Source: a phage
Assembly: GCA_029889005.1 (NCBI GenBank)
Contig: GCA_029889005.1_4349.1
Strand: one strand, 5' to 3'
Length of the DNA: 44,477 bases
Positions 17,986 to 26,973 of the stretch are shown in pieces (the stretch's first letter is position 1; each line of letters opens with the position of its first letter). Made by a program: the position numbers and the translations under genes. Below the pieces are notes generated by a model. That model saw nothing but the letters and a program-made list of their open reading frames with translations. It did not search any database and was not told where the DNA came from.

Positions 17986-18013
17986 TCAGATATCAAAACG
18001 AGAGGAGAGTGAT

Positions 18014-18226
18014 ATGTGTGATATTAGAATGGCAAAAATGAAGAAAGCGAAAGATATCAAAGTTGGTGATAAATTGGTGAAGTTTGTTAACGGTAAAATG
18101 AAACGCGCAGAAGTTACATCCGTTGAGACTGTGGAAGGGGAGGTAGTAGGTGTAAACATCTGCATCCGCTACAGCGGTTCCGGTTTCGTTATAGTAAGAC
18201 CTTATAGAGAGCTAGAAGTATGTTAA
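18014..18226 (+). CDS. Small early protein, hypothetical
   Basis: 70 aa ORF with GAGAGGAGAG RBS after class A promoter, followed by terminator; weak similarity to 40883..41074 product. Confidence 0.5.
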   Translation: MCDIRMAKMKKAKDIKVGDKLVKFVNGKMKRAEVTSVETVEGEVVGVNICIRYSGSGFVIVRPYRELEVC

Positions 18227-18228
18227 AA

Positions 18229-18256
18229 CTAAGGCCCCATAATGGGGCCTTTTATC
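18229..18256 (+). terminator. Intrinsic terminator
   Basis: AAGGCCCC-ATAAT-GGGGCCTT hairpin then TTTATCATT. Confidence 0.7.
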
Positions 18257-18716
18257 ATTCTGGCTTAGTAACCTTCGCCGCTTTGCTTACCGCCTCTACT
18301 CCATCGGCATCAGTAACTTTAACGAAGTATTCGCCGACCGCATTAACCGTCAGAGACAGAGCCTCCTCAGGCGCATTCACCACTTCCTTACCGTCTTTGT
18401 ACCAGGTCAGAGAATACGGCGCTTTGCCTGCCTTAACCTCGACAGTGATGGTTGCGCTGCCATCTGTAAGTTCAGTGTCTTTCGGTTGCACAGAGAAATA
18501 CACGTCACCAGCGTCCGCCAGATACGGAATTTCATAAAGCATACCAGCGGCAGAGAGTGCGATACCTGTCTTGTCTGCGTACGGCATCTCGTCTACAGGT
18601 ATACCTAGTACACTTTCATCCTCAACGTAGGTTACGTTCTCACCGGAGCCAGACACCCGAGCGTACTGGACTACGCGACGTGACGGCACATCAGTTACTT
18701 TGAAAAAACCCATCAT
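18255..18716 (-). CDS. Structural protein with C-terminal Ig-like domain
   Basis: C-terminal APYSLTWYKDGKEV ... GEYFVKVTDADG similar to the Ig-like ORF at 14956..15177. Confidence 0.5.
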   Translation of the reverse strand: MMGFFKVTDVPSRRVVQYARVSGSGENVTYVEDESVLGIPVDEMPYADKTGIALSAAGMLYEIPYLADAGDVYFSVQPKDTELTDGSATITVEVKAGKAPYSLTWYKDGKEVVNAPEEALSLTVNAVGEYFVKVTDADGVEAVSKAAKVTKPE

Positions 18717-19759
18717 TAATCCCCTTTCAGATAATCAGCAACACGTTTATCGAGTTCCGCCATCTGCTTAAGCGTAAGCGGATTCCCGAAACCATCTACA
18801 GATTTTACGCGAAACTCTTCCGGCGATATACCGCTGTTACGGAAAATCTTACCTCGCACCGGGCCGAGCGCCTGGTCCTGAAACCACGCCGGTTGTTGTT
18901 TAAGGAACTCGTAGTAAGTGGTGTCTGCGCTTACCTGAGTGCCACCTTCCGCGCCTTTAGCCGCGCGTTTTGCGCCTTTATCGAGGAAGTCGAACTCGGA
19001 ACTGATTACCGGAGCCGTGCACGACCGGCAGTTCGGATGGGCTGGGGGCATCGGCCCCTTACCAATTTCCCACGTCATCCCGTCTCTGACCCTGCAAATC
19101 GTACTGGTGCGGCTGTCAAGCGTTGACACCCACTCGTACTTCTCGATGATGTCGTCGTTCTGGCGGTACGTCTCGTTACGGGCCTCGTTGGATACGTGGG
19201 ACAGCGCGGTGCGGATTACCGTAGTCGCGTTACGTTCTGAGATGTCGGCTAGTCCACCAGCGCCAACAACATTCTTAACAATCTGCCGTGTGGTTTGACC
19301 TTGCACAAAGCCCATCTTAACTCCAGTTACAAGACGTGCTACTTCCGTTTCGCCCCATCCAGACATCAGCTTGGTGAAATCAACGGGCTTGTCGCTCAAT
19401 GATAATGGTTGAAACTCGGCAGCGGCCCATACCTGCTCAGCGGTAGGCGTAACAAATTCCGCGTCTACGTTGGCGGTCAGTGTCTTTACGTTCCACTCAG
19501 CCTCGTACGCCGCCAGTTCCTTAAGGTCGTCTGTTAGCTTTGTTTGCCAGTCACCCGTAATACCGGTTAGTGCTTCTTCCAGGTCGCGTAACAGTTTATT
19601 CAGTCGCGCAGTGCTGCGACCGTCGTCACCGAATAACAGCACCTGCCGTTTGATTTCGTCCCGCATCTCCTGAATGAACGGTGCTAGGTCTTTCACTTCA
19701 CCAGATGCGGTGCGTTGCAGCCAAATCTGGTGGCTGATTATTGATGTCAGTAAGCTCAT
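18716..19759 (-). CDS. Head morphogenesis protein (SPP1 gp7-like)
   Basis: 347 aa with conserved HPNCRSC-type motif; position after portal. Confidence 0.7.
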   Translation of the reverse strand: MSLLTSIISHQIWLQRTASGEVKDLAPFIQEMRDEIKRQVLLFGDDGRSTARLNKLLRDLEEALTGITGDWQTKLTDDLKELAAYEAEWNVKTLTANVDAEFVTPTAEQVWAAAEFQPLSLSDKPVDFTKLMSGWGETEVARLVTGVKMGFVQGQTTRQIVKNVVGAGGLADISERNATTVIRTALSHVSNEARNETYRQNDDIIEKYEWVSTLDSRTSTICRVRDGMTWEIGKGPMPPAHPNCRSCTAPVISSEFDFLDKGAKRAAKGAEGGTQVSADTTYYEFLKQQPAWFQDQALGPVRGKIFRNSGISPEEFRVKSVDGFGNPLTLKQMAELDKRVADYLKGD

Positions 19760-19840
19760 ATACCCTCCTGTTTCGATATGACAATCATATCAGTCGGTAA
19801 CGTATTGGCATAATCATACGCATTTAAGGTTAAAAAGAGC

Positions 19841-19872
19841 TTGATTAAATTCTACATTCAAATGTAGAATTT
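19841..19872 (+). promoter_or_regulatory. Promoter (TTGATT-N18-TAGAAT) overlapping a perfect 26 bp palindrome
   Basis: AAATTCTACATT-CA-AATGTAGAATT perfect inverted repeat covering spacer and -10; 30 nt upstream of 19902 ATG. Confidence 0.5.
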
Positions 19873-19901
19873 AAACGTACACTTAAACAGGAGAAATACA
19901 C

Positions 19902-20555
19902 ATGAAACTGCAAACATTAGAGTTCCCTTATGGAGAAATCACTTTTGACCGTGAAAACTTTATTAACGTAAACGAGCTGGTTGACCAGATGAACCGTTGG
20001 CGTTTAGACAACGGCATGGGGGCCAGAGAGCTTCGCCAGGTCATGGCAACGGATGGCTTCAAGATTTTCAAGGAGGAATGCGAAAAACAACTCGGAATCG
20101 AGAATGCCATAAGGGCGACGAAAGGCCGAAACGGTCGCACCTTTGCATGTCTCCATCTGGCAGTATATATTGCTGAGCAATACAGCGCCTATTTCCATTT
20201 CCTCGTTATCGACCGCTTTATCACACAACGGCAGGTAGAACTACGAAACATTGGCGCGGTGAGCTTTGTCGAGCTTAACGCTGCCGTTAGTCGAATGATC
20301 GAGCGCACGGAGGGAAGAATTGGCCACAGTGGACACTTCATACAGGTGGCTAAAGCGGTAAAGGAATCCGTAGATATCCGCGACGTAACGGGTTTCGATA
20401 CATGGGACTCTCAGGATGCGAAGACCAATCAGTTGCGAAGTGACATCCAGAAAGCTCTGGTGACGCTTCTTGACATGGAGGCCGTTAATGCATGGGGTGA
20501 ACTGAAAGAGGCGATACCTCGGGTTGTGCGTAAATGTGCGGCTAATATACGTTAA
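19902..20555 (+). CDS. KilA-N domain DNA-binding protein
   Basis: KGRNGRTFACLHLAVYIAEQYSAYFHFLV matches KilA-N/APSES core pattern; antisense to flanking structural genes. Confidence 0.6.
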   Translation: MKLQTLEFPYGEITFDRENFINVNELVDQMNRWRLDNGMGARELRQVMATDGFKIFKEECEKQLGIENAIRATKGRNGRTFACLHLAVYIAEQYSAYFHFLVIDRFITQRQVELRNIGAVSFVELNAAVSRMIERTEGRIGHSGHFIQVAKAVKESVDIRDVTGFDTWDSQDAKTNQLRSDIQKALVTLLDMEAVNAWGELKEAIPRVVRKCAANIR

Positions 20556-20557
20556 AA

Positions 20558-20588
20558 CTAAGGCCCCTAGCGGGGCCTTTCTATTTAC
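20558..20588. terminator. Bidirectional intrinsic terminator
   Basis: AAGGCCCC-TAGC-GGGGCCTT hairpin then TCTATTT; between convergent gene ends. Confidence 0.7.
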
Positions 20589-22054
20589 TCCTGTTGTTGC
20601 GCGGACTGCGGAATTTCTCCTGCTACCTGAGCAACCGCACCCAACGGCAGCGGTGCGTCCCCAATAGCGTTCTGAATGTCCTCATCGGTCCAGTCGGTTA
20701 CGCCAGCCTTACGCAACGCGGCGTAGTAAGCAGTAGCTGGTAGCAGGCCTGCGTTAATGTCCGCCATCCACTGAGCGCGGTCCTGAGCTGTCATCGGTTG
20801 CAGGAAGAACTCCATGTTCAGCTTGAATTCAATCTCTGTGTCTTCGCGCAACCCTAGCATCGCCGCTACCCAGCGCAATGCCTCGGTATACGCCATACTT
20901 ACGTTACGTGCGATTGTCGCCATAACAGACGTATCCGCGCCACGTTGCAGGCGGGCGGATTCGGCGGTGATTTGCTGCGTCGGGGTGATAAGCTGCGCAC
21001 CAATCTGAATGGCCTGATTCTCTTTATCCAGCATATTCTGTTTGGCGAGGTTGTTCTCTCCTGCCTGAACAAGAAATGCATTGCCGCCGTAACCGATGTT
21101 ATGGCCCGAACGCGACCCCATGCGCACGCCGTGAGGGTTGGCTTCTTTCCACTGTTCCATGCTCATGTTCTCGCCAGGGGCGATGAACAGAGTAGGCTGG
21201 CCCACAACGAAGCTGGATTCCTCGTTGTCCGCGCTGTTGCGGAAATGCCCGATATTAAGCTCAGCTAACGGCAGCAAAGGTGCATCATCAATGGTCTCAT
21301 CGTTGTTGCTTGCCCCAATGAACGTGAACGGGATTTTGCCCCGTAACTGTTCGCCAAGTTCCGGGAATATTTCGATTACATCATCCTGAGCGCCACCTTC
21401 GGCATCGAAGCGATAGATTCGCTGGCGGTAGCGCCCGTCAATCAAATCGAGAACGCGGTATTGTTCACCGAACTTTGTTTCGAACTCAGCGCCTGGTTCC
21501 GAGTATTCCCACACCTCACGTAACACGACCATCGTCACACGGTTCACTGAGCCGATGCGGGTCAGTCGCCAGTTGATGATGTTCTCAGCAGTGTAGAATG
21601 CAATGACCGGGTTTAGTAACCCCGCGTTCTGTTCGGCTGCCGTTGCCGCGGCTGTCTCCGGGGCGTCCACCAGCAACCCGCCACGACCCACCGAATCAAT
21701 CTCCATTAGCGTATCCTGTGCGTGCTGCCACAGCCCGACACCAGAACCGTCCGCGTTACGTAACAGGTACTCCAGTTCAGGCGGTATAATCTGCTCGGGG
21801 TCTTTGCGCATGACACTGCCGACCATCCCCACCAGCGTGCGTTTGGTGAAATTGTAACAGATAGCGCCGTTCTCGTATTCTTCCTGGCGCTGTGCCGCGT
21901 AGGTCGGGTCCGGCTCATTCTTCCCAACGTTGCGCAGATAGCGGATAAGGTCGCCTTCCAGCGCGTGGCGCACCTTCTGCCATTTATCGAAGTGATGCAG
22001 CCATTCCCGGTGTTTTGTCTTAACACCCTGATTCTGACCGTTCATAGTTAACAT
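20585..22054 (-). CDS. Portal protein
   Basis: 489 aa ORF immediately downstream of large terminase; size and position. Confidence 0.7.
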   Translation of the reverse strand: MLTMNGQNQGVKTKHREWLHHFDKWQKVRHALEGDLIRYLRNVGKNEPDPTYAAQRQEEYENGAICYNFTKRTLVGMVGSVMRKDPEQIIPPELEYLLRNADGSGVGLWQHAQDTLMEIDSVGRGGLLVDAPETAAATAAEQNAGLLNPVIAFYTAENIINWRLTRIGSVNRVTMVVLREVWEYSEPGAEFETKFGEQYRVLDLIDGRYRQRIYRFDAEGGAQDDVIEIFPELGEQLRGKIPFTFIGASNNDETIDDAPLLPLAELNIGHFRNSADNEESSFVVGQPTLFIAPGENMSMEQWKEANPHGVRMGSRSGHNIGYGGNAFLVQAGENNLAKQNMLDKENQAIQIGAQLITPTQQITAESARLQRGADTSVMATIARNVSMAYTEALRWVAAMLGLREDTEIEFKLNMEFFLQPMTAQDRAQWMADINAGLLPATAYYAALRKAGVTDWTDEDIQNAIGDAPLPLGAVAQVAGEIPQSAQQQE

Positions 22055-22066
22055 TGAATAATCCTC

Positions 22067-23338
22067 TTAAAGTGCGAAAGTCACCGGGACATTAATAACT
22101 GGTTTGCGAATCGGCATTTCATACGCGATAGGATATGTGGTCCCGTCGTTCTGGTGGTCCACACCACCCGATTTATCCGGTTCGCCGTTCTTGTCGTAAG
22201 CCTGTTGCTCCAGGCATCGCGCGGTAACCGGGCAAGCCTGCTCATTAATCATGACCATACCAGATTCAAGCGCCTTATTCATCGCCGCTACGCGGTCTTT
22301 AACCGGTGGGTTTGTCGATTTAGCGCGCACTTCGAAGCCGGCCTGCTGTAACTGGGCAATATCAGATGTGCTGGCGTTGTTACTTTTACGGTTTTTACCG
22401 CTTGCGTCGGGGTACATAACGATATAGTGGCCCTTACTTTTCCAGCGCTCTGTTACGGCTCTCACCACATCGGGCGTATCGAACATATCCACCAACTCGG
22501 CGACTGCATGCCAGACTTTGCCACGTTGCACGTAAACTGTACTAGCCATGTGGCCTACGTTAAAGTCCTGCCCGATATACAGAGTCTCGCCTGGTTTTAT
22601 TGTTTCGCGGCTGCTGTTTTTCCTGCGGTCATAGGCGTAATAGACAGTCCCCGCCGTCAGGTTGACGAACTCGCCGTTGATGTAGGCGTCAATCAACTGA
22701 CCTGGGTATGTGTCGCGTAACGACTGCACATAATCTTCTGGCAGGAACGGGTTAGACAGGGTGGACGCCTGAATCATCTCGTAGCCTGGATTCTTTTTGA
22801 CTACCCAGCGGTCATGTACGAAACGGAATCCTTCCGGGGTAGTGAACACGGAAACGGTATTAGCAGGTTTCGGTGTAATAGGTTTATATGTCCGCGGCAA
22901 CTGGCGGTTACGGGCGATGACTTTGTTCCACGCGTGATCGGCGTGCTCCATGTTAAGGGTGTCCAACTCGTCGATTTTCGCACGAAACGATTCGTAGCCA
23001 ACGATTCGTGCTGGATTATCAAGTGTACGCAGAACAAAATCCCCAAATTGTCCGGAAGACGTATAGATTATGTTGTCAGACTTGTTGTATTTGTACCGGA
23101 TACCCCAGTCGGTGAGCTTTTCTTCCATACGCGGTGCAAGGATGAGGCGCACCAGGTCATAAGTCGGCTCATACATGGCGATGATAGAATCGCTACCACC
23201 TTCCATGCTGTCGAGTAGTGCAGAGTTGCACATAACTTCGGATTTACCCGTACCGAAGCCAGCTACGAATGCCGGATACTTGCAATGCATACCGAGAAAC
23301 GCGCCTTGCGGCTCCGTTGCCGTGATATTAACGTTCAC
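22067..23338 (-). CDS. Terminase large subunit
   Basis: Walker A-like GFGTGKS near N-terminus, C-terminal acidic nuclease-like motifs; 423 aa. Confidence 0.85.
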   Translation of the reverse strand: MNVNITATEPQGAFLGMHCKYPAFVAGFGTGKSEVMCNSALLDSMEGGSDSIIAMYEPTYDLVRLILAPRMEEKLTDWGIRYKYNKSDNIIYTSSGQFGDFVLRTLDNPARIVGYESFRAKIDELDTLNMEHADHAWNKVIARNRQLPRTYKPITPKPANTVSVFTTPEGFRFVHDRWVVKKNPGYEMIQASTLSNPFLPEDYVQSLRDTYPGQLIDAYINGEFVNLTAGTVYYAYDRRKNSSRETIKPGETLYIGQDFNVGHMASTVYVQRGKVWHAVAELVDMFDTPDVVRAVTERWKSKGHYIVMYPDASGKNRKSNNASTSDIAQLQQAGFEVRAKSTNPPVKDRVAAMNKALESGMVMINEQACPVTARCLEQQAYDKNGEPDKSGGVDHQNDGTTYPIAYEMPIRKPVINVPVTFAL

Positions 23339-23876
23339 CGGACACCACCTTAATTGTTACTTCGCTGATTGGCTCGTCGCGTACTTCTTCGGCGACAACT
23401 GTTTTATTCAGGCCCAGTTTCGCGGCAGCAAACGTAGCAGAGATGCCCGCGGCCCCCGTTTCAGTGAAGTATGCCTCTTCCAGCGCCTGTGCTGTCTCCC
23501 AGGCTTCTGCAAATGCGGGAATCTCACGCAGCCAAAGCTTAATAATCGGGATAGTGACTCCGATGTGTAAGGCGAAGCGGGCCAGTGACGGTGGTTTATC
23601 CTGAATCAGCGGGCGTTCGTCACCCTTAGACGTAGGCACAAGCTCCCACGACGTGCGGTCGAAGAACTCGATTAACGCGTCACAGTAGTCCGGGTCCCAC
23701 AATGCCGCAGAATTACGGGATGATTGATAAAGGCTCTGTTTACCGCGCGGTCGTTTACGGCGACGGTTTGCGCTAACAGCTTCTTCATGTGCAGCTTGTA
23801 CCACCTCTGGCGATGGCTGCTTAAGTTTCAGCTTCATAGAATCCCCTTGCATATGCGTCTGACCATCAGAGCGCAC
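23328..23876 (-). CDS. Terminase small subunit, putative
   Basis: 182 aa basic N-terminus, overlaps large terminase start by 11 nt. Confidence 0.55.
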   Translation of the reverse strand: MRSDGQTHMQGDSMKLKLKQPSPEVVQAAHEEAVSANRRRKRPRGKQSLYQSSRNSAALWDPDYCDALIEFFDRTSWELVPTSKGDERPLIQDKPPSLARFALHIGVTIPIIKLWLREIPAFAEAWETAQALEEAYFTETGAAGISATFAAAKLGLNKTVVAEEVRDEPISEVTIKVVSGER

Positions 23877-23930
23877 CAGACGCGCCCTACGCGTCTAAAG
23901 GGATTATATAAGGGGATTGGGCGGGATGTA

Positions 23931-23956
23931 CAGAAAAGCCCTCCGTAGAGGGCTTG
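23931..23956 (-). terminator. Intrinsic terminator at early/late boundary
   Basis: AAAGCCCTC-CGTA-GAGGGCTT hairpin followed on minus strand by TTTTC; just upstream of terminase small subunit region. Confidence 0.55.
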
Positions 23957-24013
23957 TATCAGTTATATAGGCCGTGGCGTGGCGCTCGTTTACCGTCGCC
24001 GCCGTAATGGTCG

Positions 24014-24286
24014 TTAGCTACCGCTATAACCCAGGCATTCGGAAAGACTAAAAGTTGCATTAAATTCCTCAAGGTCTATTTTACGAATACATGGTGAAAG
24101 GCAATCAGCGAAAACCAACTCACCAGAATCAATAACGACGAATCGCCAGCCTTTGAATATGTTCTCGGAAATACCCTCCGCAACTTCGCGTACATTAGGC
24201 ATGTGTTCTGGGAAATCGTGGAAGTTTCTGGACAAAAATTCAAGTGCCTCACACCGGTTTATGTGGTAGTTATCATATTCAATCAT
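24014..24286 (-). CDS. Hypothetical early protein
   Basis: 90 aa ORF in locally AT-rich stretch. Confidence 0.4.
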   Translation of the reverse strand: MIEYDNYHINRCEALEFLSRNFHDFPEHMPNVREVAEGISENIFKGWRFVVIDSGELVFADCLSPCIRKIDLEEFNATFSLSECLGYSGS

Positions 24287-24543
24287 TCCCCGCTCTCCTC
24301 TTTAGCGATGCGTTGCTCTGTTTTAGTGATACCGCGGCGCGTGAATAACACCGGGCTTGTCTTAACGTGCGTCATAAGGCGGTTATTATAAATTACATGG
24401 CGCTCGCATTTCACGTCTTTGCTGTACTTCGCAATCGTCATTTCGTTGAGGCCTGTTTGTCGGCACGTCTCCGCCATCGTGCCAAATTCTTTAATAAGGT
24501 TAGGAATGCTGGTAATCATCCTAAGAAATTCCTCGTCGTCCAC
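24283..24543 (-). CDS. Hypothetical early protein
   Basis: 86 aa ORF coupled to downstream gene. Confidence 0.4.
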   Translation of the reverse strand: MDDEEFLRMITSIPNLIKEFGTMAETCRQTGLNEMTIAKYSKDVKCERHVIYNNRLMTHVKTSPVLFTRRGITKTEQRIAKEESGE

Positions 24544-24710
24544 ATCGCATTCGGATATTTGTTATCGCGGTCCTGCACTACGGCGACCATGTTGCCGCGT
24601 TGCACCAGGCAGAAGTGCCGCTGCTGCTCTCCGTTGTAGCGGCGCCAGATTGCCTCTTCGATTGCTGCGTTGATGTCACTGAACACTGTCTCTACCCCAC
24701 ATAAACCCAA
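24516..24710 (-). CDS. Hypothetical early protein
   Basis: 64 aa ORF in same-strand array. Confidence 0.3.
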   Translation of the reverse strand: MGLCGVETVFSDINAAIEEAIWRRYNGEQQRHFCLVQRGNMVAVVQDRDNKYPNAMWTTRNFLG

Positions 24711-24772
24711 TCAATACGCCGATAAAATAACCTGCTGCTACAAGGCCAATAACCACCTCGAGACTCATACTC

Positions 24773-25006
24773 TTACCCCACTATCTCATCACCGAGCCAC
24801 GCCGTTTCTCGTATATCGTCTACCGCACAAGCGGCGTGCTCCCGGCTAATTGCAAAAATGTAGAAGCTGAACTTCTTCCCGTCGGCGTCGATGTGGTTAA
24901 CCGAGTAAGGTTTCCACAGGACGCCCTCAATAACTACCGGCTTAGGCGACTCCATACGCTTTACCGCATTTGATGCACGTGGCCCGATGTAATCCACCAA
25001 CCACAT
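24773..25006 (-). CDS. Hypothetical early protein
   Basis: 77 aa ORF in same-strand array. Confidence 0.35.
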   Translation of the reverse strand: MWLVDYIGPRASNAVKRMESPKPVVIEGVLWKPYSVNHIDADGKKFSFYIFAISREHAACAVDDIRETAWLGDEIVG

Positions 25007-25190
25007 GTAGGTAGTAATCGTGCTCGCAAGGCTTTTCGTCCGCTTTCAACTTATCAAGCAACATCTTAAACGCCTCCAGTTGAAATTCACCGTTAATCGA
25101 CAATTGCCCTCCTAACGTCTGTTTCTCTGACTCAAGCACCAGAATACGGCGCTCCAGCGATGCGATTGTGATTTTAGGCATTGGTGTCAC
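24942..25190 (-). CDS. Hypothetical protein with C-terminal zinc-ribbon-like CxxC
   Basis: 82 aa; C-terminal CEHDYY ... CIKCGK. Confidence 0.35.
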   Translation of the reverse strand: MTPMPKITIASLERRILVLESEKQTLGGQLSINGEFQLEAFKMLLDKLKADEKPCEHDYYLHVVGGLHRATCIKCGKAYGVA

Positions 25191-25647
25191 CTTTGTTCAG
25201 ATTGAAGCGGTTAATCAGTTCACGGCGGCGCTCCATAAGTTTATCTACCTGCCGTAAGTGGTGCTCTATGTGGGCGTCAATCCACACTATTTCAGATTCA
25301 CCAGTCGCGGATTCTACGCTGAGTTTCTCGTATTCGTTGTTAGTCATTATTTACGCTCTCCCCACATGCGATTGAGATACTTGTTCTTGTCCGGCCCCGG
25401 GAAACTGTTACGTTTCATCAGTTCCTCGCGTGTCGGGAACGGGGTGTGACTGACTTTATGGCCTACTCGTAATGGTTGGCTTACTTGACCTTGTTCGCTC
25501 ATTTCTTCTCTCCTGCATAAGCTGCTTTAAGTGTCTGCATCGCAGCGAACCAGAACGCGTCCGCTGGAATGCTGTTGCTCAGGTTACTAACTGCGATGCG
25601 CGCCATCAGTTGCGCGTCTTTGAATGCTTCGATATCTGTGATTTTCA

Positions 25648-25845
25648 TTAGTTATTCTCCAGTATTTCTAACGCTTTCACGATGTAACGTTTACGTAAAA
25701 CATCAGTCTGCGCGCTATTAGCCCTGCGTATGTAGCCCGCAGCGGCCCTCATCTGTAGTTTTTCCACCGAACCATTCCCTATAACTGATGCGATACATTT
25801 AACTTCGAGTTCTTCGGTTATTTCTATCGTCGATACGTTGCCCAT
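25648..25845 (-). CDS. Small protein with GYIRRANSA-TD-LR module
   Basis: 65 aa; shares AAAGYIRRANSAQTDVLRKRYIVKALE with the 28021..28509 product. Confidence 0.5.
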   Translation of the reverse strand: MGNVSTIEITEELEVKCIASVIGNGSVEKLQMRAAAGYIRRANSAQTDVLRKRYIVKALEILENN

Positions 25846-25879
25846 TTCTCTCTACTCCGTTCTCGTTGTCGATGAAGTA

Positions 25880-25908
25880 AATATAATAGGGTCGAGGATA
25901 ATAGTCAA
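25880..25908 (-). promoter_or_regulatory. Sigma70-like promoter (TTGACT-N17-TATATT)
   Basis: Minus-strand hexamers with 17 bp spacer ~35 nt upstream of 25845 start. Confidence 0.5.
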
Positions 25909-25929
25909 CTAGTCATCACAGAAAATAGA

Positions 25930-25963
25930 TAAAAAAAAATCCCGGCTGGGTCAGGGCCGGGAT
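25930..25963 (-). terminator. Strong intrinsic terminator
   Basis: Minus strand hairpin CCCGGCC-CTGACCCAG-CCGGG followed by nine T. Confidence 0.75.
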
Positions 25964-25996
25964 AAAACTGGAGAGCAGAGGGATGGAGCATGAGGT
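25931..25996 (-). ncRNA. Candidate small RNA (~65 nt)
   Basis: Minus-strand TTGACA-N17-GATACT (~26031..26003) then ~65 nt ending at the 25930..25963 terminator; 5' part C/U-rich (CCUC, CCCUCUGCUCUCC); no RBS-preceded ORF. Confidence 0.3.
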
Positions 25997-26160
25997 GATT
26001 TAAGTATCGTCGGATTAGTCTTATGTGTCAACAGAGATTCTCCGGCACGCGTTACCGCACTTTGGCTCGACCTTGTTACAGGTCCGCGAGGGTGATGATA
26101 CCCGGAATTCCCTCAATGTTGTTTAATCTTCTGTTGCCGTTAGTCTATCAAACTACTGGC

Positions 26161-26193
26161 AAAATAAAACCCGGATTCGCGGCCCGGGTTTAT
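26161..26193. terminator. Intrinsic terminator after endolysin gene
   Basis: AACCCGG-N9-CCGGGTT hairpin with T-rich runs on both strands; just downstream of endolysin stop. Confidence 0.65.
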
Positions 26194-26228
26194 GGAGATG
26201 CAAGCACAAGCGGCGTATGACGATTATA

Positions 26229-26768
26229 TCAGCCTTTCACCGCGCGTCCAATAGCAACCGCCTCTTGCCACGGCTTACCGTCGAACAATGCCAGCCGCCC
26301 GGCGGTACGGCGGCGCAGGCCGAGTAACGGTTTGCCGTTCTGGTTGATGAACAGCGCCAGCTTAGCCCGCAGAGTCGTGACGTCACCAGAACGCAGTGCC
26401 TTACCTGTGCCAGTAGTAGCCGCAATCACACCGGCACCAGCGTTATACACCAGGTCGCACACTGCGTCGAACTGAGCCTGTGTCAGTGAGTGATGCGCTG
26501 CAGCGTCAACGGCGGCTACGGCCTTAGCCATATCGCGATTGAGTAGCAGAAGACCCTGGCCGGGCGTGATGGTCTGCCCCGCCTTAACATGCGGGCCATA
26601 GCTTCCATACCCAATAGTCAGGTACTTCTCATTCGGTGTAGCGCGATACGCGGTTCCGCGGAATCCCTCGAACGCGGCAGTGAATTTGATGCCATTATCT
26701 GAAATATTTCGAGACACGCTTATGCCCTCCGTACGACAGCCCCGCCTGACGAATCTGACGCAGCGCAA
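26229..26768 (-). CDS. Endolysin (phage lysozyme-like)
   Basis: FEGFRGTAYRATPNEKYLTIGYG N-terminal catalytic-region pattern and QFDAVCDLVYNAG core; likely true start is GTG ~26717 preceded by GGAGGG. Confidence 0.8.
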   Translation of the reverse strand: MRCVRFVRRGCRTEGISVSRNISDNGIKFTAAFEGFRGTAYRATPNEKYLTIGYGSYGPHVKAGQTITPGQGLLLLNRDMAKAVAAVDAAAHHSLTQAQFDAVCDLVYNAGAGVIAATTGTGKALRSGDVTTLRAKLALFINQNGKPLLGLRRRTAGRLALFDGKPWQEAVAIGRAVKG

Positions 26769-26973
26769 CTAATGTGATTAATGTCTCAGGCAGCGTCGGT
26801 GACATGCTGCCCTGTAACAGGTGGATACATCCGGCGGCGCAGACAATAGCAGTTAGGATATACAGCACACGACCAAACAGGCCATCATCTACGCTGGGGT
26901 GGTATACGTTAAACAGCGATGTGCTCCCGATTGCGAGCATACCACCAAACCAGAATAACTCATTCATTACCAC
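26695..26973 (-). CDS. Holin-like membrane protein (2 predicted TMDs)
   Basis: Two hydrophobic segments then charged C-terminus; immediately upstream of and overlapping endolysin start. Confidence 0.5.
   Translation of the reverse strand: MVMNELFWFGGMLAIGSTSLFNVYHPSVDDGLFGRVLYILTAIVCAAGCIHLLQGSMSPTLPETLITLVALRQIRQAGLSYGGHKRVSKYFR

Noticed and set aside
26023-26220. 65 aa plus-strand ORF in the gap after the endolysin
   Set aside because: No RBS, overlaps two terminator hairpins, Arg/Pro-rich product.
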